Source: Gemmatimonadota bacterium
GTDB lineage: Bacteria; Gemmatimonadota; Gemmatimonadetes; Gemmatimonadales; GWC2-71-9
Assembly: GCA_039586365.1 (NCBI GenBank)
Contig: JBDHKN010000052.1
Coordinates: forward strand, 1-33,514
DNA length: 33,514 nucleotides
Direction: 5' to 3'
This document shows, in pieces, positions 1 through 9,032 of the stretch (the first letter of the stretch is position 1; each line of letters begins with the position of its first letter). Both the position numbers and the translations under genes were made by a program. Below the pieces are notes generated by a model. That model made no database searches, was not told the origin of the DNA, and worked only from the letters and a program-made list of their open reading frames with translations.

Positions 1-75
1 CTAGACTCGGAGTGGGTCGCCGTGTGTTGTGGCCCGCAGGCGGCGGCCGCGGGCCACTGACCCGCTCCCAGATCA

Positions 76-112
76 CCAGCAGCCACCAGATGCCACATCT
101 GATGGCTGCTGG
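76..112 (-). terminator. 17-bp hairpin downstream of the DUF2911 genes (possible terminator or stability stem)
   Basis: ccagcagccaccagatg-cca-catctgatggctgctgg. The single mismatch (86/102) is a G-U pair on the minus-strand RNA. No clear U-tract. Confidence 0.4.
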
Positions 113-151
113 CTAATGGGCAAGGCCAGTCGTGGCCTGGAGGAGGCTCAG

Positions 152-745
152 CTAGTTCGCCGTGACCGGTATGCTCACTCGGGTGTGTTCCCACTCCAGA
201 AGAACTGCCACCCCATTCGAGGTAGGCTCCGCTCTAATCGTGAACGTCTCGACGTGGTTGTCCAGTCTCTGGCTGGAGACCTTTGCGCGCCCCACTTCCT
301 GAGCCTCAACCTCGTCGGTGTAACCGGTCTCGCGCCCCCACTGACTTATCGAGCGGTTCACAATCAGTTCCCAGTCGTCTTCACCCGGGACCGTGTACAG
401 AGAATAACTACCCGGCCCGATCTCGATACCAGCAATGCTCAGAGGGGTTGTCGTATGAATCATAGTCGGCTCGTTAGCGCCGGTACGCCAAAGTTTTCCG
501 TACGGCACACTCTCGCCTCCAATCATCGTGCGCCCCCTGGCCGACGGTCGCCCGTAGCAGACTTTCACCGCGTGTCCCCCCACATCGAAGGACAGCGAGT
601 CTAGCGGGCTTGGGCGGCTTTCGAACCCTCTCGGGTTCATCACGATGCAGTCAGTTGCACCCGCCTGCGAGGTCAGAACGGGTGCAGTAGCCTCGACGCT
701 GATTAGGCCGGCGAGAACGAGGAGCGAAGCCGAAAGACTGATCAT
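152..745 (-). CDS. Secreted DUF2911 domain protein
   Basis: Hydrophobic signal peptide; motifs RPSP, YGRPSARGR, WRTGANEPT, G-YSLYTVP, WE-T. Start moved from 790 to ATG 745 (GGAGG 7 nt upstream). Confidence 0.85.
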   Translation of the reverse strand: MISLSASLLVLAGLISVEATAPVLTSQAGATDCIVMNPRGFESRPSPLDSLSFDVGGHAVKVCYGRPSARGRTMIGGESVPYGKLWRTGANEPTMIHTTTPLSIAGIEIGPGSYSLYTVPGEDDWELIVNRSISQWGRETGYTDEVEAQEVGRAKVSSQRLDNHVETFTIRAEPTSNGVAVLLEWEHTRVSIPVTAN

Positions 746-840
746 CACACGACCTCCGGTCCAAATGAAAGTGGCTTTGGGAAGCTGCAAATCTACCTAG
801 TCAGCGCCACCCATCCAACCACCATCCGTGCTCCAACAGA

Positions 841-1443
841 CTAGCCCTTGCCGATTGGTATCAGGACCTGCGTGTGCTCCCACTCGAGTACCACAGTGGC
901 GTTGTTTGGAGGTGCAGGCCGGACACGGATTGTGAACTGCTCAACGTAGTCATCCAGTTGTTCGCTGGGGACTCCAGCTCTCCCGACTTCCTGTTCTCGC
1001 ACGTCCTGCGTGTAATTCGACTCTTGTCCCCACTGTGATGTTGATCGGTTGAGTATGATCTCCCACTGCCCACGGCCTGGTACGGTGTACAGCGAGTAGC
1101 TGCCGGGAAAGAGCCGGATACCCGCTACAATGAGGTCTACATTCGTGTGAATCATGGCCGGCTCGTTGTCCCCAGTGCCCCAGATCCTACCGAAGGGAAC
1201 GTTGGGCCCACCGAGCATCGTCCGACCGCGGGCTGCGGGTCGACTGTAACAGATCTTGACGGGCGCTCCATAGATCCTGAAGGTCACGGAATCAAGCGGG
1301 CTCTCGCGCTCCGCCAGCGGCATGCGGTCGGCGCTCATGACAATACAGGACATGTCAACCGCACCCTGCCCGCTCGCTGCTGCCGGCAGAGCTGTGAGGA
1401 GCAGAGCAAATGCAACCAGGGGCTGGCTGGCACGTCTCACCAC
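841..1443 (-). CDS. Secreted DUF2911 domain protein (tandem paralogue)
   Basis: Signal peptide; RESP, YSRPAARGR, YSLYTVP, LEWEHT. Collinear with the neighbouring gene. AAGGA lies upstream of the GTG start. Confidence 0.85.
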   Translation of the reverse strand: MVRRASQPLVAFALLLTALPAAASGQGAVDMSCIVMSADRMPLAERESPLDSVTFRIYGAPVKICYSRPAARGRTMLGGPNVPFGRIWGTGDNEPAMIHTNVDLIVAGIRLFPGSYSLYTVPGRGQWEIILNRSTSQWGQESNYTQDVREQEVGRAGVPSEQLDDYVEQFTIRVRPAPPNNATVVLEWEHTQVLIPIGKG

Positions 1444-1768
1444 ATCGCATCCTTTCGCTCACGGTGCAAAGCGCTGGGGACGAGCGCACTGCTACCAGAA
1501 TGTAGGGATTAGGAGCCCAAGTCGCACCCGTTGACCTGGGATTCGCTTCGGAGTCCTAACCATCCGCACATGCCGTACGGACTCCAGACTGGCGAAGAGG
1601 CCCTGGTTCGGGGCTGCTGCACAAATCCACTTCCACCGTCGGAAAACTCTGACATCGCACAATAGCATAGAGCCTAATGCTTTTCATGACAACTACTTAT
1701 GTAATATTCAGGCGCTTGGAACCGTATGGTCCCCCAGTAGAGAAATAGTTACCTTCTGACAACAATCA

Positions 1769-2224
1769 ATGCGGTCGACAAGGCAAACTGGCGGTTTCAC
1801 ACTCATCGAGATGGTCATAGCCATCACGGTGGTTGGGATACTCATTGCGGTGAGCATCTGGCGGATTGTACCTGCGGTAGAACGAGCCAAGGTCAGACAG
1901 GCAACATCGGTCATCGCAGCAGACCTCCAGTACGCTCAGATGGTGGCCGCGCGCCAACACCGTCCCGTGGTGGTCATAGTGACCCCCGCTGTGCAGGGAT
2001 ACATGATCCGGGACCGCAACGGGACAACCATCTTCCGAACCCGACTTCTAGGACCGGATACCGACTACGGTGTCCAGCAACTGTCCTCCACTCCGGCAAA
2101 CACCGTAGAGGTTTTCCCCAGTGGTGTCACCCCCCAGACGACGACCTTGACCGTCAAGAGCGACACCTACGAGCGAAAGGTGAGAATCACACGTGCGGGG
2201 CACGTGCGCATACTCAACCCTTGA
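1769..2224 (+). CDS. Type IV minor pilin / pseudopilin, FimT/FimU/GspH-like
   Basis: Class III signal G|FTLIE plus hydrophobic helix; 'ADLQYAQMVA..Q.RPV' helix; C-terminal 'F.PSG ... V.I..AG.V'. Confidence 0.85.
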   Translation: MRSTRQTGGFTLIEMVIAITVVGILIAVSIWRIVPAVERAKVRQATSVIAADLQYAQMVAARQHRPVVVIVTPAVQGYMIRDRNGTTIFRTRLLGPDTDYGVQQLSSTPANTVEVFPSGVTPQTTTLTVKSDTYERKVRITRAGHVRILNP

Positions 2225-2609
2225 CGAGAAGGGCGTCTCATTGATCGAGATCATGATTGCGCTCTCGATCCTCGCCACGGTCCTGATCGCTCTGGGGGGT
2301 CTCATGTTCCAAGCGGCGAGACACACGCGCCAATCGGCCGCAGTCGCGTACCGCAGTGCCGCCAGCACGAGTGCATCAGCCTGGATCCAAGGCCTGCCTT
2401 GGGACAGCCTGGATGGGGCAGTCGGCTGCACGGCGCACTCGACAGGACCTTTCAACTATGATAGGTGCGTGACGGTGCAAACCGTCTCGGCGAAGCTCAA
2501 ACGCGTCACGGTGGCAATCGTAGCAACGGGAGTCCTGATAGCCGCGCCGGACACTCTCGCAATTAGCCGCAGCAGGCCGAGACCACGATCCCCTCTGAGG
2601 GCAAATTGA
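2193..2609 (+). CDS. Type IV minor pilin, PilV-like
   Basis: G|VSLIE prepilin motif, 138 aa, Cys pair. Overlaps both neighbouring genes. Confidence 0.8.
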   Translation: MRGTCAYSTLDEKGVSLIEIMIALSILATVLIALGGLMFQAARHTRQSAAVAYRSAASTSASAWIQGLPWDSLDGAVGCTAHSTGPFNYDRCVTVQTVSAKLKRVTVAIVATGVLIAAPDTLAISRSRPRPRSPLRAN

Positions 2610-3430
2610 ACCACCGGGGTTTCACTCTGATCGAGCTTCTGATTGGCATGGTCGTGACGGCGATCCTGGGAATAGCGCTGGCCCGGATACTCATTAGTGA
2701 CTCGCGATTCGTGGGCAAACAAGACGCAATGATCAATGCCCGTCACGCTTCGCGGGCCGCAATGAACACGATGGTGACCGAACTGCGGATGGTAGGAGAC
2801 GGCGGTCTCTTGGCGGCAACTCCCGATAGCGTCAGAGTCCTGGTTCCTTATGCTTTTGGGCTGACATGCACGGTGTCGGGCACAGACCTCATTGCTTCGC
2901 TCATGCCGCCCGATTCACTGATGTACGGTAGCGCCGTGACTGACGGCTTGGCCTGGCGAGACAGTGTGGGTGCGTACAACATGATCAGTGGGATTACAGT
3001 GGCTGGTTCTTCCGACGTCGCAGCTTGCCAAGCCGACAGCATTCGTGTGGTACCCGGAGGAATGCTCGTCGCGATCTCCGGCGTCTCAGGCACCCCTCCC
3101 CAACCAGGTCGCATCTTCTACCTGTATCAGACTGTTACATATAGGTTCGCCACGTCGACCGACATACCTGGGCGGATTGGCCTCTGGCGCAAGGCTGGCA
3201 CTGCCGCAGCCGAGGAGTTAGTTGTTCCGTTTGACTCTGCAGCCGGATTCGCCTGTCTGGTCGGTCCCAATCTCCAGATCCAGACCTGCCCGCCGGGGGG
3301 CGGCCTAGCGATGGTACGCGGCTTGGAGCTGCGGATGTTCGGAGCAAGCGAATACCCCCCACCGGGATCCACCGCACCCGAGACATTCTCCCTAGTCACG
3401 CAGGTACCATTCTTGAACAAGGTGAACTGA
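2606..3430 (+). CDS. Type IV minor pilin, PilW-like
   Basis: G|FTLIE motif; long helix ending 'ELRM.G'; four Cys; TTGA start/stop overlap with the previous gene. Confidence 0.8.
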   Translation: MNHRGFTLIELLIGMVVTAILGIALARILISDSRFVGKQDAMINARHASRAAMNTMVTELRMVGDGGLLAATPDSVRVLVPYAFGLTCTVSGTDLIASLMPPDSLMYGSAVTDGLAWRDSVGAYNMISGITVAGSSDVAACQADSIRVVPGGMLVAISGVSGTPPQPGRIFYLYQTVTYRFATSTDIPGRIGLWRKAGTAAAEELVVPFDSAAGFACLVGPNLQIQTCPPGGGLAMVRGLELRMFGASEYPPPGSTAPETFSLVTQVPFLNKVN

Positions 3431-3432
3431 CC

Positions 3433-4518
3433 GTGCGACGCATTCTGGGAGATGAGGGAATCGCCCTGCCCACCACAATCTTCGTGGTGACGCTTGTCAC
3501 CATCATGATTTCAGCACTCTTCGTACGGGTGCAGGCAGATCGGCGCATCGGCGAGAGTAGCGGCCACAACGTCGATGCACTGGCGATTGCGCAAAGTGGG
3601 CTGGAGACCTATCTCGGAACTGTGGCCTTCGATGCCTGTGACAGGCCCTTGCGTCCGCCCGACGGCGATTCAGTACGCATCAATGTCACCGGCGGGTATG
3701 CGGATGTAGTGGCACACGTACTGCGTCGCCCCGTCGATTCACTCGACACTTGGATGTACGTGGTACGCTCCACCGGCCGCACCATAGTGCCAACGTTGGG
3801 ATCTGACCCTCAGGCACAACGCACGGTGGCACAGTTCGCTGAGTGGCAAAGCAGTACCGTCACACCTCCGGCTGCGTTCACGGCAGCGAACGGACTCGTG
3901 AGAACAGCCGGTGGAGGTCTGGAATTCCTAGGTGAGGACCAAGCACCCTTAGGTTGCGAGGAGCCGGGTGTTCATGCGTTGCGTCTACCAGCAGGAACGG
4001 ACCCGACGCCCCGTGCCGACTTCGTGATGGATGGTGCACTCCCCTATATCGAGCAGAGCGGGTCCAACAGCCAGGTCGCACTCGAGACCGGCATAGACTG
4101 GGCTGTCACAATAGGCGGTGGCATCATACCAGACACTAACGCAATCGTGTTGTGGGACATGAGCTACCCCGTCATGCTGGTGTCTGGTGACGCAACACTG
4201 ACCACCAGCAGCAGCCAAGGATTCGGTACCCTGATTGTCACTGGCGACCTCGATATCCAGGGCGACTGGCTGTATTGGTATGGGATTGTGCTGGTTGGTG
4301 GTGAGATAGCATTCGATGCGGGTCAACAGCTGTTTGACGGATTCGTGGTGTCGGGTCTCAACGAGCAGTTGGGTACTCCCGTAGCCATGGGAGAGGTCGG
4401 TACGGTCAGCAAGATCGATATCGACTACGACTCGCGGTACGTCAGGCTGGCACTGCAAGCCCTCGCGGGGTTCGCCCCGGTCCCGAACGCCTGGATCGAC
4501 AACTGGGCGACATACTGA
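3433..4518 (+). CDS. PilX/GspK-like minor pilin with a large C-terminal domain
   Basis: G|IALPT cleavage site without Glu5 (PilX-type); 'ALAIAQSGLE' motif; C-terminal G-LIV-GDL-I-G beta-rich repeats. Confidence 0.75.
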   Translation: MRRILGDEGIALPTTIFVVTLVTIMISALFVRVQADRRIGESSGHNVDALAIAQSGLETYLGTVAFDACDRPLRPPDGDSVRINVTGGYADVVAHVLRRPVDSLDTWMYVVRSTGRTIVPTLGSDPQAQRTVAQFAEWQSSTVTPPAAFTAANGLVRTAGGGLEFLGEDQAPLGCEEPGVHALRLPAGTDPTPRADFVMDGALPYIEQSGSNSQVALETGIDWAVTIGGGIIPDTNAIVLWDMSYPVMLVSGDATLTTSSSQGFGTLIVTGDLDIQGDWLYWYGIVLVGGEIAFDAGQQLFDGFVVSGLNEQLGTPVAMGEVGTVSKIDIDYDSRYVRLALQALAGFAPVPNAWIDNWATY

Positions 4519-4653
4519 AGCCCAGCTGACACACACAAGTGGGCGCAGGTGGAGAACTGCACGGCAGCCATCGTCAGCCATCGTCACCGCGGTGAACAGG
4601 ACTCTGCGCAGGATCTGCAGCTGCGCACCACCGACTACCAAGTAGGACCCAGA

Positions 4654-5292
4654 ATGAACAAACCAGTTCATAGAATCATACGTCGTGCGATCCTTCCGGC
4701 CAGTTTCTTGGCGTTGCTTTCACTCTCTGGCTGCGGCGGCAGCGCTCCGCCATGGCCGGGCGAGTTGAGGGGGACTCCCTATAACGAACCTCTCGAGAAG
4801 CCGGACTTCGTACTGAACTCTTCTGCCAAAGAGCCGTTCAGTTTTCGGAAGGATACCGAGGGTTTCGTAACACTCCTGTTCTTCGGTTACACCCACTGTC
4901 CGGATGTTTGCCCCATCCACATGGCCAACATCGCGGCGGTCCTGAGTACTCTGCCTCCCCGTGTGGCTCATCAAGTGAAGGTCGTGATGGTCACAACCGA
5001 TCCGGATCGCGATACCCCGGAACGCCTACGCCAGTGGCTTGACAACTTCAATCCGTCCTTTGTGGGCCTCAGAGGCACGTTGGACGAAGTCAATGCCATT
5101 CAACAAGGACTCGGTCTACCTCCAGCTAGTGTGTACGGGGAAGGCGATGATTACAGTGTGGGCCATTCTGCGCGGGTTATTGCCTTCACGCGGGACAATC
5201 GAGCGCACGTCTCCTACCCGTTTGGCACTCGACAGACGGACTGGGCTCATGATCTCCCAGAGCTGGTGGAGGGCAAGTGGAACACCCGTTGA
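4654..5292 (+). CDS. SCO1/SenC family copper-binding lipoprotein
   Basis: FFGYTHCPDVCP (CxxxC), DPDRDTP, distal His (VGHS), lipobox LSGC. Start reassigned to ATG 4654 (AGGA upstream). Confidence 0.92.
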   Translation: MNKPVHRIIRRAILPASFLALLSLSGCGGSAPPWPGELRGTPYNEPLEKPDFVLNSSAKEPFSFRKDTEGFVTLLFFGYTHCPDVCPIHMANIAAVLSTLPPRVAHQVKVVMVTTDPDRDTPERLRQWLDNFNPSFVGLRGTLDEVNAIQQGLGLPPASVYGEGDDYSVGHSARVIAFTRDNRAHVSYPFGTRQTDWAHDLPELVEGKWNTR

Positions 5293-5786
5293 CCGCGGTC
5301 GTACTGTCAACTGCCACGATCTCCATGGCATCACTTGTGGGTTGTGGTGGCGACGAAGTCACATCTCGGGCTGCTGCGTCCGTCGGAGACGTTGTGATCT
5401 ACGACGCCTACGCCCCCGCCGCGCCGCTGAACGACGTTGGATCACTGTACTTCACTATCGTAAACCGAGGAGACGCGGAGGACACTCTAGCAGCGGTGAC
5501 CATCACTGCTGGCCACGCGCAGCTGCACGAAGTAGTCACGGTGGATGATGTGACCCGCATGCAGCCCCTCACACTCCTTCCCATCCCTGCTCACGGACTA
5601 CTGAAGTTGGCTCCGGGCGGATATCACGTCATGCTGTCGCAATTGGGTACCAAATTGGGAGTCGGCGACAGCCTCGAGGTGCAACTCACGCTTTCCTCAG
5701 CTGGCACCATAGCGTTCAAGGCCGCAGTGTTGACCTACTCTGAGGTCGTCAGACGGCTGGAGGAGAGTGTGCCCAATCACCCATGA
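5277..5786 (+). CDS. Copper chaperone PCu(A)C
   Basis: Lipobox LVGC; LHE..M and LAPGGYHVML motifs. Confidence 0.9.
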   Translation: MEHPLTAVVLSTATISMASLVGCGGDEVTSRAAASVGDVVIYDAYAPAAPLNDVGSLYFTIVNRGDAEDTLAAVTITAGHAQLHEVVTVDDVTRMQPLTLLPIPAHGLLKLAPGGYHVMLSQLGTKLGVGDSLEVQLTLSSAGTIAFKAAVLTYSEVVRRLEESVPNHP

Positions 5787-6622
5787 GCTGGTGGTGCGCG
5801 GCGCAGGGTGGCGTCTGGGAGTGGAGTTGGCAGCCCTATGTGGGTGTGTGGCTGATGGTGGCAGTCCTGGTGTTGGCACGCGTAGTTGCCGGCAAGCTCC
5901 GGAAGTCCCCTGACCCGGAGCGGGAGAGTGGCGCGCTGGCCATCTACGTGGCCGGAGTGTTCATACTGTGGCTTGCAGCCGACTGGCCGATAGGACCGTT
6001 GGGCGCGGGCTATTTGTTGAGTGTCCATACGGTTCAGTACATGCTGTTTGCCTTCGTCGCCCCTCCGCTGCTCATTTCGGGAACTCCAACCTGGTTGTTG
6101 CGAGGCATGATTAGGCCTCGCTGGGCACACCGCCTGGCATGGACATTGAGCCGCCCTCTCGTCGCCTTCGCGTTCTTCAACGTCGTTCTCTTGGCCACCC
6201 ACTTGCCCGGCGTAGTAGACGGCTTCACGACCTCCCAACTCGGCTCGTTTGCAGTAGACATGTCGTGGCTGGCGGCTGGGTTGGTATTCTGGTGGCCGAT
6301 ACTCGGCCCTCTTCCCGAACTAGAACCGATGCCCTACCCTGGGCGAATGGTGTATCTCATAGCCAACGTCTTCATCCCGACCGTGCCTGCAGCCTTCCTG
6401 ACGTTCGCCAGATATCCCATCTACTCTCTATACGAGTTGGCACCACCAATCGGCGGGCTTTCCGCTATTGAAGACCAGCAGATCGCTGGTCTGATAATGA
6501 AGACCGTAGGAGGCTTCATCGTGCTCGGTATCGCGTCGGTACTGTTCTTTAAGTGGAGTCGCTCCGAAGACGGGGGAATCGCGGCCGGTCCTCACCTTCC
6601 TCCATCGTCCCATCCCGGGTAG
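5783..6622 (+). CDS. ctaG: Cytochrome c oxidase assembly factor, caa3-type CtaG family
   Basis: Multi-TM protein; SVHTVQYML..VAPPLL..G.P, FWWP, DQQIAGLIMK. ATGA-coupled to PCu(A)C. Confidence 0.85.
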   Translation: MSWWCAAQGGVWEWSWQPYVGVWLMVAVLVLARVVAGKLRKSPDPERESGALAIYVAGVFILWLAADWPIGPLGAGYLLSVHTVQYMLFAFVAPPLLISGTPTWLLRGMIRPRWAHRLAWTLSRPLVAFAFFNVVLLATHLPGVVDGFTTSQLGSFAVDMSWLAAGLVFWWPILGPLPELEPMPYPGRMVYLIANVFIPTVPAAFLTFARYPIYSLYELAPPIGGLSAIEDQQIAGLIMKTVGGFIVLGIASVLFFKWSRSEDGGIAAGPHLPPSSHPG

Positions 6623-6969
6623 GCGACCAGATCTTCACGTCTGAGCACTCGCACCATGTGTCCGAGCCGCCCTTCCGCCGGCTCGACTCGCTCCCCAAAC
6701 TCATCACGCAACTTCGCAGCAATCTGTGCCACGGTCTGCTCGCCGTCGATCTGCCGCCACACAAAGCTCCCGATGTCGTCTAGCCGGATCTTTCTAGCTG
6801 ACAGTAGATAGAAGAATCTGTCTAAGGCACCTTTGACTCCGCTACGCCACTTGGTGGGCCGCGCGAGCACTATGCGACCATCGACTTCCTCCCACTCGGC
6901 CACTCGAATGGGGGTAAGGTCGAGGAGGTTTACCTCCTCCAGCTCATCCTGACGACCACGTATGCTCAT
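6592..6969 (-). CDS. Stand-alone PqqD-family / RRE-like protein
   Basis: C-terminal 'LDDIGSFVWRQIDGEQTVAQIAAKLRDEFG...L...DLV' pattern of PqqD winged-helix domains. Start ATG 6969 preferred over GTG 6993. Confidence 0.8.
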   Translation of the reverse strand: MSIRGRQDELEEVNLLDLTPIRVAEWEEVDGRIVLARPTKWRSGVKGALDRFFYLLSARKIRLDDIGSFVWRQIDGEQTVAQIAAKLRDEFGERVEPAEGRLGHMVRVLRREDLVAYPGWDDGGR

Positions 6970-6993
6970 AGGACAGAAAGGCTTTGATTGCAC

Positions 6994-7026
6994 GCAAAGG
7001 CCGCCTCAGCTGGAGGCGGCCTTTGC
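6994..7026. terminator. Perfect 14-bp hairpin between the OPT gene and the PqqD-like gene
   Basis: gcaaaggccgcctc-agctg-gaggcggcctttgc; short T run within the 3' arm on either strand. Confidence 0.6.
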
Positions 7027-7043
7027 ATCACGGCAAGTCTCAC

Positions 7044-9032
7044 TCAGTCGGTCACCTTGGTTGATGGTAACCCACCCTCCCGCATTCTCGAGATCGGGAA
7101 CCACACCAACATGCCGATCACCAAGGGATAGACCAGAAGGCTGAGCCAGAAGCTGGGAGCCGCCCCGAAACTGAGATTCTGGAAGCTCAATACCGACGGG
7201 TAGAAGTCACCAGCGATCACCAGTAGGGCGAGCAATACAGCCATGAGAGACTCGCCCGCTATGAACCCTGACGAGATGAGAACACCCGTGTTTTCGGCCC
7301 GCGTCGCCTCTTCCTCGGATGCACCATTTCGCTTCAGCGCGACGCTGAACAACCACCGTACCAACCCACCAACGAATATTGCAGCCGTGGATTCGAACGG
7401 TAGGTACATACCAACGGCAATGAGCATCGGGGCCGGTGCTTTTATCAGGATCAATGCAAACGCCAGGAACATTCCCACGATCACTAGTGGCCAGGCCATC
7501 TCGCCGGCCACGATTCCGTTGGCCATGAGCGCCATCAACCCCGCTTGAGGTGCTGGCAGCTCAGCCGAGCCGATCGTGTAGGCCCGATGCAGCGCCATCA
7601 AAGGCAGCGCCAGAATCAGAGCGGCAAAGATCACACCGATGATCTCACCGATCTGCATCTTGTATGGTGTCCCACCCAGAATGTGTCCCACCTTCAAGTC
7701 CTGCATCATGTCTCCAGCAATCCCCGCGGCACAGCAAACGACGCCCGCAACACCCAGGACGGCCGCGACGCCGCGGACATCCGTGACGCCGAGCAGGACC
7801 ATTAGCACCGCAGCGATTATGAGGGCACTGAGTGTCAGTCCAGAGATCGGATTGTTGGAACTCCCGATTAGCGCAACCAAGTAGCCCGCTACAGCTGCAA
7901 ACAGGAAGCCCACGACCACCATCACTACAGTGAGCGTCACGGCTGCGCTGAATCGCTGCGAGAAGTGGTTGTACAAGACGAAGGTTGCTACAGCCATGAC
8001 CAGAACGCCTAGGGCGACTTTTTTCAAGTCGAGATCGACATCAGTGCGTGCGCCATCGCCACCTCCACCCGCCACATTGATGTTCTTGAGCGCTTTGCCG
8101 ATCCCGGCGACCAACGATTGACGCAGGTTGAACAGAGTGTAGAAGGCGGCGACGATCATCGTACCCACCGCCAGAGGTCGGATCTGCCTCGACCACACTG
8201 TGGTGGCAAGATCGACCATGCTGTCACCAGCCCCCATCGTTGCTGTAAGACCGGGATTGAGGAACAGGGCCAACGGCACTAGCAGCAGCCAACCGGTCAC
8301 CGCACCGGCAAACAGAACCGCTGAAATCCGGGTCCCCACGATGAAGCCGACACCCATGAGCATCGGTGAGGCGTGTGGGGTGGCGAGAAGGGTACCGCCT
8401 GCATACTCGATTCGCTGCTGAAGAATCTCAATCGTCGACCGACCGAAAGAGAAGAAGCGGTTGCTGGAGTCCAACACGTACTGAACGCCGTTGGAGTTCT
8501 TCAGCAGCTCCCACAGGGCTGCTATCCCCATAGCGCCAAACAGATATGATGCGCCGGTCCGGCCACCTTGCCCAGCTTTCACTATCTCGGCAGCAGCAAT
8601 AGCCTCCGGAAATGGTAGGTCCGCCTCCACGACGAGTGTCCGCCGCAGCACGATCACAAAGAGTACACCTAGAACCCCGCCGATCAGCATGATCGCGGTG
8701 CTCTCGATGTATCGCAGCTCACTCCAAGCGCCGCTGATGATGAAAGCAGGGATTGTGAAGATCGCGCCTGCCACTAGGGCTTCACCCACCGAGGCCGTCG
8801 TCCGGGCTATGTTCTCCTCCAGGACTGTACCGCCGAATCCCCGCAGAGCAGCCATTGCCACTACAGCCGCCGGAAACGTGGCCGCAACGGTGAGGCCCGC
8901 CCTCATTCCGACGTAGGCGTTTGCAGCTCCCAACGCCACCGCCATGAGTGCGCCCAGCACGACCGCCTTCACTGTCAGCTCCGGCATGCTCTTGGACGCA
9001 GGGACAAATGGTTCGAATGGTCTGTTTTCCAT
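7044..9032 (-). CDS. OPT family oligopeptide transporter
   Basis: 662 aa, many TM segments; ELT.KA, AANAYVG.RAG, ENIART, LPFPEA.AAAE, GSSNNPISG, GDMMQDLK.GH.LG.TP, PAPQA. Confidence 0.95.
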   Translation of the reverse strand: MENRPFEPFVPASKSMPELTVKAVVLGALMAVALGAANAYVGMRAGLTVAATFPAAVVAMAALRGFGGTVLEENIARTTASVGEALVAGAIFTIPAFIISGAWSELRYIESTAIMLIGGVLGVLFVIVLRRTLVVEADLPFPEAIAAAEIVKAGQGGRTGASYLFGAMGIAALWELLKNSNGVQYVLDSSNRFFSFGRSTIEILQQRIEYAGGTLLATPHASPMLMGVGFIVGTRISAVLFAGAVTGWLLLVPLALFLNPGLTATMGAGDSMVDLATTVWSRQIRPLAVGTMIVAAFYTLFNLRQSLVAGIGKALKNINVAGGGGDGARTDVDLDLKKVALGVLVMAVATFVLYNHFSQRFSAAVTLTVVMVVVGFLFAAVAGYLVALIGSSNNPISGLTLSALIIAAVLMVLLGVTDVRGVAAVLGVAGVVCCAAGIAGDMMQDLKVGHILGGTPYKMQIGEIIGVIFAALILALPLMALHRAYTIGSAELPAPQAGLMALMANGIVAGEMAWPLVIVGMFLAFALILIKAPAPMLIAVGMYLPFESTAAIFVGGLVRWLFSVALKRNGASEEEATRAENTGVLISSGFIAGESLMAVLLALLVIAGDFYPSVLSFQNLSFGAAPSFWLSLLVYPLVIGMLVWFPISRMREGGLPSTKVTD

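Noticed and set aside
29..604. 191-aa plus-strand ORF and the many other long antisense ORFs (e.g. 3985-4671, 15306-15848, 25889-26455, 31266-31808)
   Set aside because: They overlap motif-supported genes on the opposite strand, as expected in high-GC DNA.
1444..1768. Sigma54 promoter for the pilin cassette
   Set aside because: TTGGAACCGTATGGTCC lacks the required GC at -12.
4549..4653. N-terminal extension of SCO and the 10-bp tandem repeat at 4565-4584
   Set aside because: The lipoprotein signal fits ATG 4654. Two repeat copies are not an array.
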